This document shows positions 26,686-36,658 of a stretch of DNA of 64,000 bases, in pieces. Made by a program: the position numbers and the translations under genes. Origin of the DNA: Longimicrobiales bacterium (GTDB lineage: Bacteria > Gemmatimonadota > Gemmatimonadetes > Longimicrobiales > Gaopeijiaceae); contig OZ252251.1 of the NCBI GenBank assembly GCA_965249725.1, forward strand, positions 128,001 to 192,000, given 5' to 3'. A model generated the notes under the pieces. The model ran no database searches, was not told where the DNA came from, and was given only the letters and a program-made list of their open reading frames with translations. Within the stretch, counting starts at the first letter, position 1; each line of letters opens with the position of its first letter.

Positions 26686-28446
26686 GTGACCACCGCCCTA
26701 CTTCTCGTGGCTGTGGCCTTGGCGCTCACCGCCGGCTGGGCTCTCATCCAGCTCGCCGAGGCGTCAAGCGGTCCGCCTGCCCCCGCGGGAGGCGACCTCA
26801 TGGTCCTGGAGCACTCGCCGGTCGGGGCGCTCCTGCTCGATCCGGCTCTACGCATCACCTGGGCCAATGACACCTTCTGTCGCTTCTTCGGGCTGACCCG
26901 GGCCGAGGTCGTGGGCCAGAAGATGCCCGACCTGATCCGGGCCAAGTTGAAGGCCGCGGTAGCGGAGCCGCCCGCGTTCGAGTCCGGGCTGCTGACCGCG
27001 TACGCCCCGGGCGGTACCCCCACGCCACTCGAGATCCACGTGATCCCTCAGGGCACGCGGCAGCATCGCTGGCTCGAGCATCTGAGCCACGTAATCCGGC
27101 AGGGCCCTCTCGAGGGGAGCCGGATCGAGTACTTCGTAAACGTGACCCCGCTCAAACACGTCGCTCTCCACCAACAGGCCGAGGTGCGTCGTCGAGAGGA
27201 GCTCAACAGGGCCCTCGTGGATCTGTCCAGACAGCGAACCCTCGGCAGGGGGGACCGCAAGACGGCCCTGCGAGCAGCGTCGAAGGCAGCAGCGACCACC
27301 CTCGGGGTGGCACACGCGGAACTCTGGCTGCTCTCCGGCGAGCGCGACCGGTGGACCCTCGACCACTATTTCGACCTGGCGACGAAGCGACACAAGACCA
27401 CGGCTCACGAGGTGAAGGCCTCGGACGCAGAGGAGTATTTCGGGGTGATCGAGGAGGTCCGCGTCCTCACCGTGTCCGATGCGAAACACGACCCGAGGAG
27501 CAGGGGGCTCGTGGGCCAGGGCGTTCTGGAACCGGTGGCCGGCTCACGCCTCGACGTACCCGTCCGCGTCCATGGCAAGGTGGTCGGTACCTTGGTCCTC
27601 GCCGACCATGGCGCCCGGACCTGGACGTCCGAGGAGGAGCAGTTCGCGGCGTCTCTAGGGGACCGGTGTTCGCTGATTCTCGAATCGACCGAGGGAAGGG
27701 AGGTCTCGCCTCCAGTCGCTCGACCCGGTCCGATTCTGGACTCCGATCCCATGGACGGCTTCGTTCACCTCGACGAGGACCTGTGTTTCACTTACCTGAA
27801 CCCGACGGTGCTGCAGTGGCTCGCGGACCGCGGTCATGACGGCACAGCTCTGGTGGGTACCGGCCTCGTGGAGTCCCTCCGTGGCGTAGAGGACACATCG
27901 GTGATCGCCGAAGTGCGGAAGGCGGCCAGGGGCGGGGGCCGCGCGCGTCTCAGGCGTCAAGTCGAATCCGACGGCCCGTGGCTCGACGTCTACATCAATC
28001 CCGTTGAGGACGGTGTGTCGGTCACCCTGCAGAACAAGACGCGCCGCCACGAGAAGGAGGCGGAGCGTTCGCTGTTGGAGTCCGAAACGCGCTTCCGCTC
28101 CCTGGTGGAGTCCCTCGGTGAGGGACTCGTCATCACCGACCTACAAGACCGCATCGTCTACGTGAATCCCCGCGTCACGGAGCTTACGGGACATCGGCCG
28201 GAGGATCTCACGGGACGAAGCGCTCAAGAACTCCTCTTCGACACGAAGAACTGGCAGAACGCCCCGGTGCGGATGGCAGCTCGCAAGGATCGGAAGCGCA
28301 AGCAGTACCTCGCTCCGCTCCTCCACAAAGACGGTCACTCCGTCGACGTAGAGGTCATCTCGAGCCCCCTACGCAATGCCGACGGGGACGTGACCGGCGT
28401 CGTCGATGCCGTCACCGACGTCTCGAGCCGACCGGCCCAGGAGTAG
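26686..28446 (+). CDS. TM-PAS-GAF-PAS-PAS sensor with no output domain
   Basis: WANDTFC, RLDVPVRVHGKVVG...WTSEE, YLNP, SETRFRSLVE...YVNP; ends just after the PAC motif. Confidence 0.8.
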   Translation: MTTALLLVAVALALTAGWALIQLAEASSGPPAPAGGDLMVLEHSPVGALLLDPALRITWANDTFCRFFGLTRAEVVGQKMPDLIRAKLKAAVAEPPAFESGLLTAYAPGGTPTPLEIHVIPQGTRQHRWLEHLSHVIRQGPLEGSRIEYFVNVTPLKHVALHQQAEVRRREELNRALVDLSRQRTLGRGDRKTALRAASKAAATTLGVAHAELWLLSGERDRWTLDHYFDLATKRHKTTAHEVKASDAEEYFGVIEEVRVLTVSDAKHDPRSRGLVGQGVLEPVAGSRLDVPVRVHGKVVGTLVLADHGARTWTSEEEQFAASLGDRCSLILESTEGREVSPPVARPGPILDSDPMDGFVHLDEDLCFTYLNPTVLQWLADRGHDGTALVGTGLVESLRGVEDTSVIAEVRKAARGGGRARLRRQVESDGPWLDVYINPVEDGVSVTLQNKTRRHEKEAERSLLESETRFRSLVESLGEGLVITDLQDRIVYVNPRVTELTGHRPEDLTGRSAQELLFDTKNWQNAPVRMAARKDRKRKQYLAPLLHKDGHSVDVEVISSPLRNADGDVTGVVDAVTDVSSRPAQE

Positions 28447-28451
28447 CGAAA

Positions 28452-28532
28452 CTGACGGTCGCCGAATCGGTTATCGAAGCGCGCTCATACGAGCTCGACT
28501 CCTTCGGGCACGTCAATCACGCGAAGCCCTGA
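28452..28532 (+). pseudogene. N-terminal remnant of a 4HBT/YbgC-type acyl-CoA thioesterase
   Basis: IEARSYELDSFGHVNHA followed by KP-stop. Confidence 0.7.
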
Positions 28533-28556
28533 GCGAGATCGAGTAACCTCCCGGTC

Positions 28557-28592
28557 CTCAGCCCCCGTTCGGCTCTCAGCCCCCGTTGGGCC
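28557..28592. repeat. 18-bp direct duplication covering a stop codon
   Basis: ctcagcccccgttcggct / ctcagcccccgttgggcc. Confidence 0.75.
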
Positions 28593-29715
28593 GGTAGCGG
28601 AAGAGGACGGTCACTCCGTATCGCTCGTAGTACTGCTCACCCACATCCGTCTCCGCGCGTGTCCAACCCAACTGGAGCGCGGCGTCGAGATTGACCGCCA
28701 CAGGCCGACTCAGAGTCAGGTAGGCCTGGGAGGCATTGTCGGCCTCCTCGCCAGGCACCAGTCTCACGAACTCGGTCTCGAACAGGTAGCTCTTGCCCGT
28801 CGCCACTACGAAGGCGTCGGCAATGATGGACCAGGGCAGGGGGTAGGTGATCTGCCCTCGTACGGAGAGAGCGTCGTACTCCGGTCGTCTGGAGTTGGAC
28901 CGGTTCCGCGTCCCCTCGACTCCCAGATCGACGAGGAGTGCATCGCCCAAGTACGTCCAGGTGGCGCCCATCTTGACGGTGTGGTCCCGGCGGAACGGAT
29001 CATCGGGAACGAAGCTGCCCTGTTGCGGATACTTCGAACGTTCGAACTCTCCGAAGACCCGCAGCCGCCAGTCGTGCCGAGTCTGCCAGTTGACACCCAG
29101 CTCGGCGGACGCTCCGCGCCGATCGAGAAGGTCCAACTGGGGCACAAGATCGACTCGTTGGAAGTTCTCTATCTGGCCGGTCACCCCCAGATCGAACGAC
29201 AGTCCATTTGCGGCCACATACTGTACGAGCCCACCCCCGGTCCACTGGTTGTAGCCCGGCTGGAGGAAGAGCGGCATAGGTGGCCGATCTTCGACCGTAC
29301 GCCCCTTGAACCTACCAACGAGGACCAGGCTACCCCATCCCTGGAGCGCCCGTGAGTAGTTCGCGTCGATGCTCCCGACCCACTCCCTCGGCGCGTAATC
29401 CCGAATCTTGAACCCGGTTGCCGCGAACTGGCGGAGTCCCGCGTCCACCGTGACGTCGAGCAGGCTCCGCTCACTTCCGGGCAGCAGCTGCATCTCCAAT
29501 CGAGTCGAGAACTGACCCACGGCCGCCGCCGCGTCGCTGATGCTGTCCACCACCGGGAGCGTCACGGCCGAGAGGTTGCCCGAGTAGCCTTCGCCGGCCA
29601 ACCCGCCCGTGACCACGAGGTCGCGAATCACCTGTCCGGCCGCCGGCGCCACGGAGACCAGCGGCACGGCGAAGGCCCCGAGGGCAGCCAAGAAGAGCGA
29701 AGCGCGAATCTTCAT
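28576..29715 (-). CDS. Putative outer-membrane beta-barrel protein
   Basis: Signal peptide, alternating amphipathic strands, aromatic-rich terminal strand YGVTVLFRY. Confidence 0.65.
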   Translation of the reverse strand: MKIRASLFLAALGAFAVPLVSVAPAAGQVIRDLVVTGGLAGEGYSGNLSAVTLPVVDSISDAAAAVGQFSTRLEMQLLPGSERSLLDVTVDAGLRQFAATGFKIRDYAPREWVGSIDANYSRALQGWGSLVLVGRFKGRTVEDRPPMPLFLQPGYNQWTGGGLVQYVAANGLSFDLGVTGQIENFQRVDLVPQLDLLDRRGASAELGVNWQTRHDWRLRVFGEFERSKYPQQGSFVPDDPFRRDHTVKMGATWTYLGDALLVDLGVEGTRNRSNSRRPEYDALSVRGQITYPLPWSIIADAFVVATGKSYLFETEFVRLVPGEEADNASQAYLTLSRPVAVNLDAALQLGWTRAETDVGEQYYERYGVTVLFRYRPNGG

Positions 29716-30656
29716 CAGGCGTCCTCCCCCGCAACGTTGCGGAAGCTCGTCGCCCTGGCCGTCAGTTGGTCCCGGAAGCCCACCAGATCCCCACGGAGCC
29801 GTTCGAGCCCGCGGATCTGATCTTCGAGCGTGCGCGGTCGCTGGGTCGCGGTCGAGTCACCCGTCGTCACCCCCACAACCGGGGCCGGATCGGGGCTACG
29901 GCCAGCCGGTCCCACGGGGAGGCGGTTGTCGTCGAACCGCCCCAACTCCGAGAGGTTGTCGCGACGGCTTCGATTGAACCGTTCCCGCTCTCCCAGGGTG
30001 CGGAGCTGTTCGTCGATGTCCGCGATGTTGTCGTTCGCCTGCCGGGCCCTGTGCTCCAGGAGCTCCGCTTTGGCGAGAATGTCGTCCGGCCCGTCGATCG
30101 GATCGATCGTGATGGACGACAACGCCACAGCCTGCACCACCATCGTGCCTTCTCGCACCAGCTGGTCGCGCTCGACCTCCAGGTCTCCCACGATGGCGTT
30201 GATTCCACGGTAGGTCACCGCACTCGCAGTGTCCGCAGCCACGACGAGGCGTTCGATTTCTTGGTCGAGGACGGCCGCGAGGAGCCCCCCGGCGTCCTGG
30301 GCCGCCTGGACTCGCTCTTCATAGCGCTCCGCCGCCGTACTCCGGGCGTCCGCAAGAGCCTCGGCACGCACGAACCACCTGGTACGTCCCGCCTCGTCAC
30401 CCCCGGTGCGGGCCGCAGCGATGGAGTCCATCACTTCGGTCCATTGGCCATCACGGGCCTCGAGGGCGAAGCGGGCCGCCTCCGCCTCACTCACGGCGGA
30501 CTGATAGTCGAGACGAATCTGCGACAGGTTAGGTGGGGTTTGTCCTGAAAGACCTGCTGGGAGCATCGCACAGGCGCACAGAACCGCCAGCGCCGCGAAC
30601 GTCAATTGAACCCGGGGCGTCCTGTGCTCCGTGCGATGCGAAGGCTGGGTGGTCAC
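29715..30656 (-). CDS. Secreted coiled-coil hypothetical protein
   Basis: Signal peptide; long A/E/R-rich helical segments. Confidence 0.65.
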   Translation of the reverse strand: MTTQPSHRTEHRTPRVQLTFAALAVLCACAMLPAGLSGQTPPNLSQIRLDYQSAVSEAEAARFALEARDGQWTEVMDSIAAARTGGDEAGRTRWFVRAEALADARSTAAERYEERVQAAQDAGGLLAAVLDQEIERLVVAADTASAVTYRGINAIVGDLEVERDQLVREGTMVVQAVALSSITIDPIDGPDDILAKAELLEHRARQANDNIADIDEQLRTLGERERFNRSRRDNLSELGRFDDNRLPVGPAGRSPDPAPVVGVTTGDSTATQRPRTLEDQIRGLERLRGDLVGFRDQLTARATSFRNVAGEDA

Positions 30657-32050
30657 GCCTCTATCCCGTACTTTTCCAACTTGTAGTAGAACGCGCTGGA
30701 CTTCAGTCCGAGAAGTCTCGCTGCCTCCGCCTTTACACCGTGGGCCCTTTCGAGAGCCCGTCGGAGCATCTGCTCCTCCATGGTCTCGACCATGTCGTTC
30801 AGGTCCATGCCCGTCTCGGGAAGCTTCGCATCCGGGAAGGTCGCAAAGGTCTCGGCGGCGCCTTGGGGGAGCGGGATGTCGTCCGGCTCCAGCATTTCTC
30901 CTTCGGCCAGGACCAGTGCCCGCTCCATGACGTTCTCCAGCTCCCTCACGTTCCCCGGCCAGTGGTAGGACGACAGCTTGGCCATCGCGTTCATGCTCAC
31001 CGATTGCACGGCGGACCGGGTCCGCTCATGGAGCTTCTCGATGAAGTACTGAACCAACAGAGGCACGTCGGACATGCGGTCCCGCAGCGGCGGGATCGTC
31101 AGGGGCACCACGTGAAGGCGATAGAACAGGTCTTCGCGAAATCCGTGGGACTCGACGAGGTCTTCCAACGGGACGTTCGTCGCGACGATGATGCGCACGT
31201 CGACGCTGATCGTCTCTTCTCCACCCACCCGCTCCAACTCGCGCTCCTGCAGCACACGCAGGAGCCTTATCTGGGTCGCCTGGGCGATGGTGGAGATCTC
31301 GTCCAGGAAGAGCGTGCCGCCGTCGGCCAGCTCGAAGCGTCCGCGGCGCTGCCTCTCGGCCCCGGTGAACGCTCCCTTCTCGTGTCCGAAGAGTTCGGAG
31401 TCGAGCAGGCCCTCCGTGAGCGCCCCGCAGTTCACGCGAACGAAGGGCCCGTCCGCGCGCTGCGATCGAGCATGGATCGCACGGGCCACGAGTTCCTTTC
31501 CAGTGCCCGATTCTCCGTAGACCATGACCGTCGAATCGCTTCGGGCGACGCGGTCCACCATGCGGAAGACGTCTTCCATGGGAGCAGAGGCGCCCACCAT
31601 CTCGCCATAGCGAGCTTCCGCTTCCTCTCGCAGGTAGGCGTTTTCGACCCGGAGCGTCTCGTTCTCTCGGCGGAGTCGCAGTCGCTCCGCCCGGTCGCTC
31701 AGGATCCGGTCCACCTTGGCGCCGAACTCCTCTGAAGAGAACGGCTTGGTGATGAAGTCGACCGCCCCGTATTTCATGGCCGCTACCGCCTCTTCGATGG
31801 TGCCGAAGGCCGTGATGACCATCACCTCCGAGTCCGGGGACAACTCGCGCACGCGCTGAAGCACCTGGAGGCCATCCATCTTGGCCATCTTGAGGTCCGT
31901 AATCACCAGGTCGGCGCCCTCTTCCTGAAGGAGCTCGATCCCGCCCTCGCCATCCTGGGCCACCGACGTACGATGCCCACGCTTCCGCAGAAGGAGTTCG
32001 ATCCCCTCCCGGATAGTGTCGTGATCATCGATGATGAGAACGTTGGCCAT
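30653..32050 (-). CDS. Sigma54-dependent response regulator (NtrC/AtoC family)
   Basis: REC domain, GESGTGKE, GAFTGA, FLDE, WPGNVREL, Fis HTH. Confidence 0.95.
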   Translation of the reverse strand: MANVLIIDDHDTIREGIELLLRKRGHRTSVAQDGEGGIELLQEEGADLVITDLKMAKMDGLQVLQRVRELSPDSEVMVITAFGTIEEAVAAMKYGAVDFITKPFSSEEFGAKVDRILSDRAERLRLRRENETLRVENAYLREEAEARYGEMVGASAPMEDVFRMVDRVARSDSTVMVYGESGTGKELVARAIHARSQRADGPFVRVNCGALTEGLLDSELFGHEKGAFTGAERQRRGRFELADGGTLFLDEISTIAQATQIRLLRVLQERELERVGGEETISVDVRIIVATNVPLEDLVESHGFREDLFYRLHVVPLTIPPLRDRMSDVPLLVQYFIEKLHERTRSAVQSVSMNAMAKLSSYHWPGNVRELENVMERALVLAEGEMLEPDDIPLPQGAAETFATFPDAKLPETGMDLNDMVETMEEQMLRRALERAHGVKAEAARLLGLKSSAFYYKLEKYGIEA

Positions 32051-32089
32051 ATCGCGAACGGCTGAAGTCTACGGGTTATGTGGCAGGAG

Positions 32090-33523
32090 TCATGCCGGGA
32101 GGAGGAGATCCTCCGATCCGTTGAAATATACGTGGAACTCCGTGCCGCTCCCAAGAGAAACGGCTTCTCCCGGGCCATCGGCGCTCGAAACCCATACCCG
32201 CCCACCGTTGGCCAGGACCAGCTGTTTGACGATCGCCAAACCCAGTCCCGCACCCTGTTCCTTGTCTGACACGAAGGGGTCGAAAATGCGGTCCTTGAGT
32301 TCCTGGGGGATACCGGGGCCGTCGTCCTTCACGATGACCCGGACCTCTCCGCGGTGCGCCTCACAGCTCAGGGTCACGTTGTCGCCGGCCTGCGCAGCAT
32401 TCCGCAGGAGGTTCAGCGCAATCCGCTTCACGTGACTCGGATCGGCGAGAGCAACGAGCGGGTCCGGGGGCAAATCGATGGCCAGTCGGCAGTCGTCCTT
32501 GCTCTCCAGCGCCACCAGCTCGGCCGCCTCCCGCACCGGCCCGCACACGTCGTGGAGGGTCACGTTCGCATCCATCGGCTTCGCGAACGCCAAGAAATCG
32601 TTGATGATGCCGTTCAGGCCCTGCACCTCACTGCGGATCCGTTTGATCAACCGATCTCGCTCCTCGACGGACTCGGCATCTCCAACCGCCGCCGCGAAGA
32701 GTTCTAGACCACCCAGGGGATTCCTGATCTCGTGCGCCACCTGGGCCAGCATGAGCCGCAGGTGCTCGTCCCTTCGCACAATGCCCTCACGCATGCGCTC
32801 CATGGCTCTCGATAGTTGCCTTAGTTCCCGCCCCTGCTCCTCTCCCACCGGCTCGGCCCAACGGCCTCTCTGGATACGCATAGCCACACGACTCAGGCGT
32901 TCCAGCGGCCGTGCCACGTTCCGTGCGAGGAGCAGAGCCAGCAGGATCGCCGTGACCGCCGCGACCACGGACCCCCAGAGAATCCTGGCCCTCAAGAGCG
33001 CGAGGGGCACCAGGTAGTCGGCTCGCATACGTACGGCCAGGACAACGCCGGGATTCTGAGCGCCCAGCCCGATGAAACCGTACTTGAACGGTTGCCCGTC
33101 CATCGAAAAGAGGTCGGAGGTGGTGGTAGTGTTCAGGCGCTCGGCCTCACGAATCTCCTCCCGATACGCCTCGAAACGGGTCAGCGAACCGATGGGCACC
33201 TCACTGGCGGGAGCGGTCGACACCACCGACGTGTAATCGGCGGTTCGGATGATCCAGGCCTCGGCGACAAACTCGAGAAGCTGCTGGAGTCGGCTTTGCT
33301 GGCTCGTGTAGGTGCGGAGCGCCTCGTCGCCCGGCCTGAGCGCCGCGAGCCCGGAGGTGGAGAATCCCACTCGGGCGGCGGTTCCCGTGACCTGTTGCAG
33401 CTTGTCGTCCATCTCGGCCTCGAGGTCGGCCCGAACGATGAGCCACGTGCCCCATCCACCCACCACCGCGAGCACAACCGAGAACGTGACCAGGACGGTG
33501 ATGAACTGGCGGCGCAGAGACAT
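32090..33523 (-). CDS. HAMP sensor histidine kinase
   Basis: Two TM segments, HAMP, AHEIRNPL, NLLRNA, DDGPG, GAGLGL. Confidence 0.93.
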   Translation of the reverse strand: MSLRRQFITVLVTFSVVLAVVGGWGTWLIVRADLEAEMDDKLQQVTGTAARVGFSTSGLAALRPGDEALRTYTSQQSRLQQLLEFVAEAWIIRTADYTSVVSTAPASEVPIGSLTRFEAYREEIREAERLNTTTTSDLFSMDGQPFKYGFIGLGAQNPGVVLAVRMRADYLVPLALLRARILWGSVVAAVTAILLALLLARNVARPLERLSRVAMRIQRGRWAEPVGEEQGRELRQLSRAMERMREGIVRRDEHLRLMLAQVAHEIRNPLGGLELFAAAVGDAESVEERDRLIKRIRSEVQGLNGIINDFLAFAKPMDANVTLHDVCGPVREAAELVALESKDDCRLAIDLPPDPLVALADPSHVKRIALNLLRNAAQAGDNVTLSCEAHRGEVRVIVKDDGPGIPQELKDRIFDPFVSDKEQGAGLGLAIVKQLVLANGGRVWVSSADGPGEAVSLGSGTEFHVYFNGSEDLLLPA

Positions 33524-33585
33524 CACGCCCTCGCCACGCTGGACGCGGCGGCGCTCTGCCTGAGATTCTGCCGGGTCGGCTTCGT

Positions 33586-34572
33586 CTAGCCGCACGGAAT
33601 CCTCTCCACCTGAGCCTCGGGAAAGAGCACCGGTGGCTCCGTTTTGGGCGCCATAACGATGTGGAATGGCACGTGGAGACGGGCCGCGGGTGAGCAGAAA
33701 TCGCCGGGCACCCGTTCGACCACCTCCGCGAGGGTGCCACCATCGATCTGGAGAATCCGCCTCACTTCGACGCTGTCCCCTGCCTCGACGCGCAGGCCTA
33801 CGGCCCCGATGACCACCATGTCGCGCTCGAAGTCCACATGGGGGGGGGTCTCATCACGACCGACGTGCGATCTCCAGAACTCGGTCCATCCCAGGGGAGA
33901 CGTGAACGTGAACGAGGCCCCGAGCTCAGCGAACGAATCCTCGCCGCGATCCAGGGTGCCGAACGGCACACTGCCGCTGTACAGGGAGACGAAGTCCTCG
34001 CCCAAGGTGAACTGACCGGCCAGAGAAGCCACCTGGATAACCCTGCTGGCTGCCGCGTCCGGCCGGGCGCCGGCCGGCGACAGATTGCTGAAGTCGCCGG
34101 ATGAACAGCGGACCCACGTCTCAGATTGGCCACGTGAGTTGTCCTGGATCGTCAGGATGACCGTCGTGCGTGTGATTCCGCAGATCGGGATCAGATCAGG
34201 GTCCAGCTCATCCGTAAAGAGCGTGAGCCCTTCCGTTTCGTTGATCTGGATGATCATGCCGGCGTAGGCCGAGGCGTAGGCGGACGGATCGCCGGGGTTG
34301 GGCCGTATATCCTCGTCCCCCAGCACCCCCAGGTACGAAATCCTCTCGGTGAGCTCCCACGCACCGGAGGACTCCCAGATCAGGGTCTGCTGCAACTCCC
34401 CCTGGTCTACCGACAAAGGAAGCAGCAAGGTCACCCGAATCTGTCCTACCTGCCCGAAGCGCAGCGTAGCCGGATCCGTGCCCGATCCACCGTCGCACGC
34501 CGACCCAATCGTGGCGGCTGCCACGAGGAGGATGCTGCGGATCCATAGGGAATTCAGGGTCATTCGGAACAC
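33586..34572 (-). CDS. Lipoprotein with C-terminal PrcB-like domain
   Basis: Lipobox GSAC; PPHVDFERDMVV...PGDFC...PFHIV. Confidence 0.6.
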   Translation of the reverse strand: MFRMTLNSLWIRSILLVAAATIGSACDGGSGTDPATLRFGQVGQIRVTLLLPLSVDQGELQQTLIWESSGAWELTERISYLGVLGDEDIRPNPGDPSAYASAYAGMIIQINETEGLTLFTDELDPDLIPICGITRTTVILTIQDNSRGQSETWVRCSSGDFSNLSPAGARPDAAASRVIQVASLAGQFTLGEDFVSLYSGSVPFGTLDRGEDSFAELGASFTFTSPLGWTEFWRSHVGRDETPPHVDFERDMVVIGAVGLRVEAGDSVEVRRILQIDGGTLAEVVERVPGDFCSPAARLHVPFHIVMAPKTEPPVLFPEAQVERIPCG

Positions 34573-34601
34573 CCGCCGAGCCTTGAGGGTTCGATCGCAC
34601 T

Positions 34602-35186
34602 ATGAGCAAACAAATGAATGAACGGGAACGACTCAAGGCTCTTCTTCTCGAGCGCTCCGTCCGTATCGGAGATTTTACCCTCGCGAGCGGAGCCCGTTCG
34701 TCCTACTACGTAGATGCCCGACGGACCACCATGACCGCAGAGGGCCAACGCCTCACCGGCAAGGTCTGCTACGATCTCATCGAGGAAGCGGGCTGGGACG
34801 TGTCACATATCGGCGGACTCACGTTGGGCGCCGATCCGGTCACCTACGCCATGGCCCACCACAGCTGTGAGCGCTCCAGGGTTCTCGACGGGTTTACGGT
34901 CCGTAAGGAAGCCAAAGAGCATGGAACAGGGCGGCAAATCGAGGGCGGTCTGCCCGAAGACGCCACCGTGGTGATCATCGAGGACGCCGTGACCAGCGGG
35001 GGGAGCGCTCTCAAGGCCATCGAAGCGATCCGCCAACACGGTGCGACCATCGCCGGCGTCCTCTGCCTCGTGGACCGACAAGAGGGCGGCAAAGAGTTGC
35101 TCGACGAGTTGAGCCTCCCCCTCCTGGCGGCATTCACCGGAAGCGAACTCCTGGCTGCCGCCCAAACGGCGTCAGGCGGTGAGTGA
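34602..35186 (+). CDS. pyrE: Orotate phosphoribosyltransferase
   Basis: FTLASGARS, RKEAKEHG, IIEDAVTSGGS. Confidence 0.95.
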   Translation: MSKQMNERERLKALLLERSVRIGDFTLASGARSSYYVDARRTTMTAEGQRLTGKVCYDLIEEAGWDVSHIGGLTLGADPVTYAMAHHSCERSRVLDGFTVRKEAKEHGTGRQIEGGLPEDATVVIIEDAVTSGGSALKAIEAIRQHGATIAGVLCLVDRQEGGKELLDELSLPLLAAFTGSELLAAAQTASGGE

Positions 35187-35223
35187 GGCAGTAGCACTGC
35201 GAGTAACCGCGAGCAGCGCAGTG

Positions 35224-35255
35224 ACCGGCGCCCCCACCGGCGCCCCCACCGGCGC
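35224..35255. repeat. 12-bp tandem repeat x2.7 between convergent pyrE and dnaN
   Basis: accggcgccccc units. Confidence 0.8.
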
Positions 35256-35282
35256 AGTGGAGTTGTCGATTGCTAGAGAACG

Positions 35283-36398
35283 TCAGTCGAGCAGCCTCAG
35301 CGGCATGACCAAGCAGAGGTAATCGCCCGGCCCCTCTCCCTCCGGCGGCACGGGCTCGATCGTCGCGGCACGCTCCGGAGCTCTGAACGTGATCTTCACG
35401 TCATCCGTCTCCATGTGGCGCAGCACCTCGAGTAGGTAGGCGGCGTTGAACCCGATCTCCAGGCTCTCTCCTTCGTAGGTGAGTTCCAGCTCGTCCTCGC
35501 CCTCACCCAGATCGGGAGTCAGCACATTGAGGTGCACGCGGTCCGCCTCGAACACCATCCGGATCCTGTGGGTCTGGTCACTCGCGACCACGGCCATCCG
35601 CCGAACGGCCGACGCTAGAGCCTTCTTGTCGACGATGGCGTGCTTGTCGTTGTCCTTCGGAATGACCTGCTCATAGTTGGGATACGCCCCTTCGATCAGA
35701 CGCGTGTAGACCTCGGTGCCCCCGGCCCGGAAGCCGAGGTGATTCCCACTCCGTGCTACCTCTAGATCATCCTCATGCTCGAAGAGTCTCTGGACTTGCT
35801 GCAACGCTACGGGCGGCACGATGAAGTCGGCGCTCGTCGCACTCGACGCACCCGCAGGAATGCCCATGCGGGCAAGCCGGTGTCCGTTGGTGGCGACCAT
35901 ACGCATATGTCCGTCCCGGAGCTCCCAGAGTACACCATTCAGGATGGGACGACTCTCTTCAGTCGATACCGCGAAAGACGTGTGCTTGATGAGCCCGTGC
36001 AGATCGCTTCCTTTGACCTTCCATCCATCCTCGAAGTCGACCTCGGGAAGTGTAGGGAACTCGTCGCTCGGCAGACCGTTGAGCTTGAATTGGCTTCGCC
36101 CACACTTCAGTTCGATCTGGTCTCCTCGCGTCGTCACTTCCACCGGCTGATCCGGAAGCTCACGCGCGATCTCCTGGAGCTTCTTACCTGGGGCGGTCAA
36201 GCTACCCTGCTCTTTGACCTCGGCAGGGACTCTCACGCGTACGGCAACGTCGAGATCTGTGCCGCTCATCCATACCCCGTCCTGCCCAGCCTCGAACAAG
36301 ATGTTGGAAAGCACCGGAAGAGTCGTCTTTGTGGGGATGCTCGCAGAAACAGCTGCGAGGCCCGTGTGAAGATTCTGCCGAGTGATGATACAGTTCAT
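35283..36398 (-). CDS. dnaN: DNA polymerase III beta sliding clamp
   Basis: GTDLD, ATNGHRL, RLIEGAYPNY, VMPLR. Confidence 0.97.
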   Translation of the reverse strand: MNCIITRQNLHTGLAAVSASIPTKTTLPVLSNILFEAGQDGVWMSGTDLDVAVRVRVPAEVKEQGSLTAPGKKLQEIARELPDQPVEVTTRGDQIELKCGRSQFKLNGLPSDEFPTLPEVDFEDGWKVKGSDLHGLIKHTSFAVSTEESRPILNGVLWELRDGHMRMVATNGHRLARMGIPAGASSATSADFIVPPVALQQVQRLFEHEDDLEVARSGNHLGFRAGGTEVYTRLIEGAYPNYEQVIPKDNDKHAIVDKKALASAVRRMAVVASDQTHRIRMVFEADRVHLNVLTPDLGEGEDELELTYEGESLEIGFNAAYLLEVLRHMETDDVKITFRAPERAATIEPVPPEGEGPGDYLCLVMPLRLLD

Positions 36399-36419
36399 CG
36401 AGCCTCCCATAGAGGGGTT

Positions 36420-36658
36420 ACGGCGTCGGTTGAGCCCGGGTTTTTCACAGTGCCTACTTAATTAAAGACTACACTATAAGAAATAACTAGTAGTAGTAGA
36501 GGGTGTGGAAGTGTGGAGGACTGCATTTAGCCCTGTGTCTCCAAGCATTTCCACTGTGTGACACGAGCGTGGAAAAGAATGAAGCTTCCTTGACGCTGCC
36601 CGCGCCCGTAGAAAACTCGGGAGAAACAAGCCGTCTTCCACATGCCTATCCACAGCCA
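36420..36658. other. Chromosomal replication origin oriC
   Basis: dnaA-dnaN gap; AT-rich tract 36455-36490; (TAG)4 DnaA-trios 36488-36499; DnaA-box-like 9-mers at 36441, 36504, 36512, 36568, 36634 and 36646. Confidence 0.88.

Noticed and set aside
30533..31735. Long antisense and alternate-frame ORFs (e.g. 30533-31735, 37124-38071, 41450-42595, 54450-55445)
   Set aside because: They overlap well-supported genes and are expected shadows of high-GC codon bias
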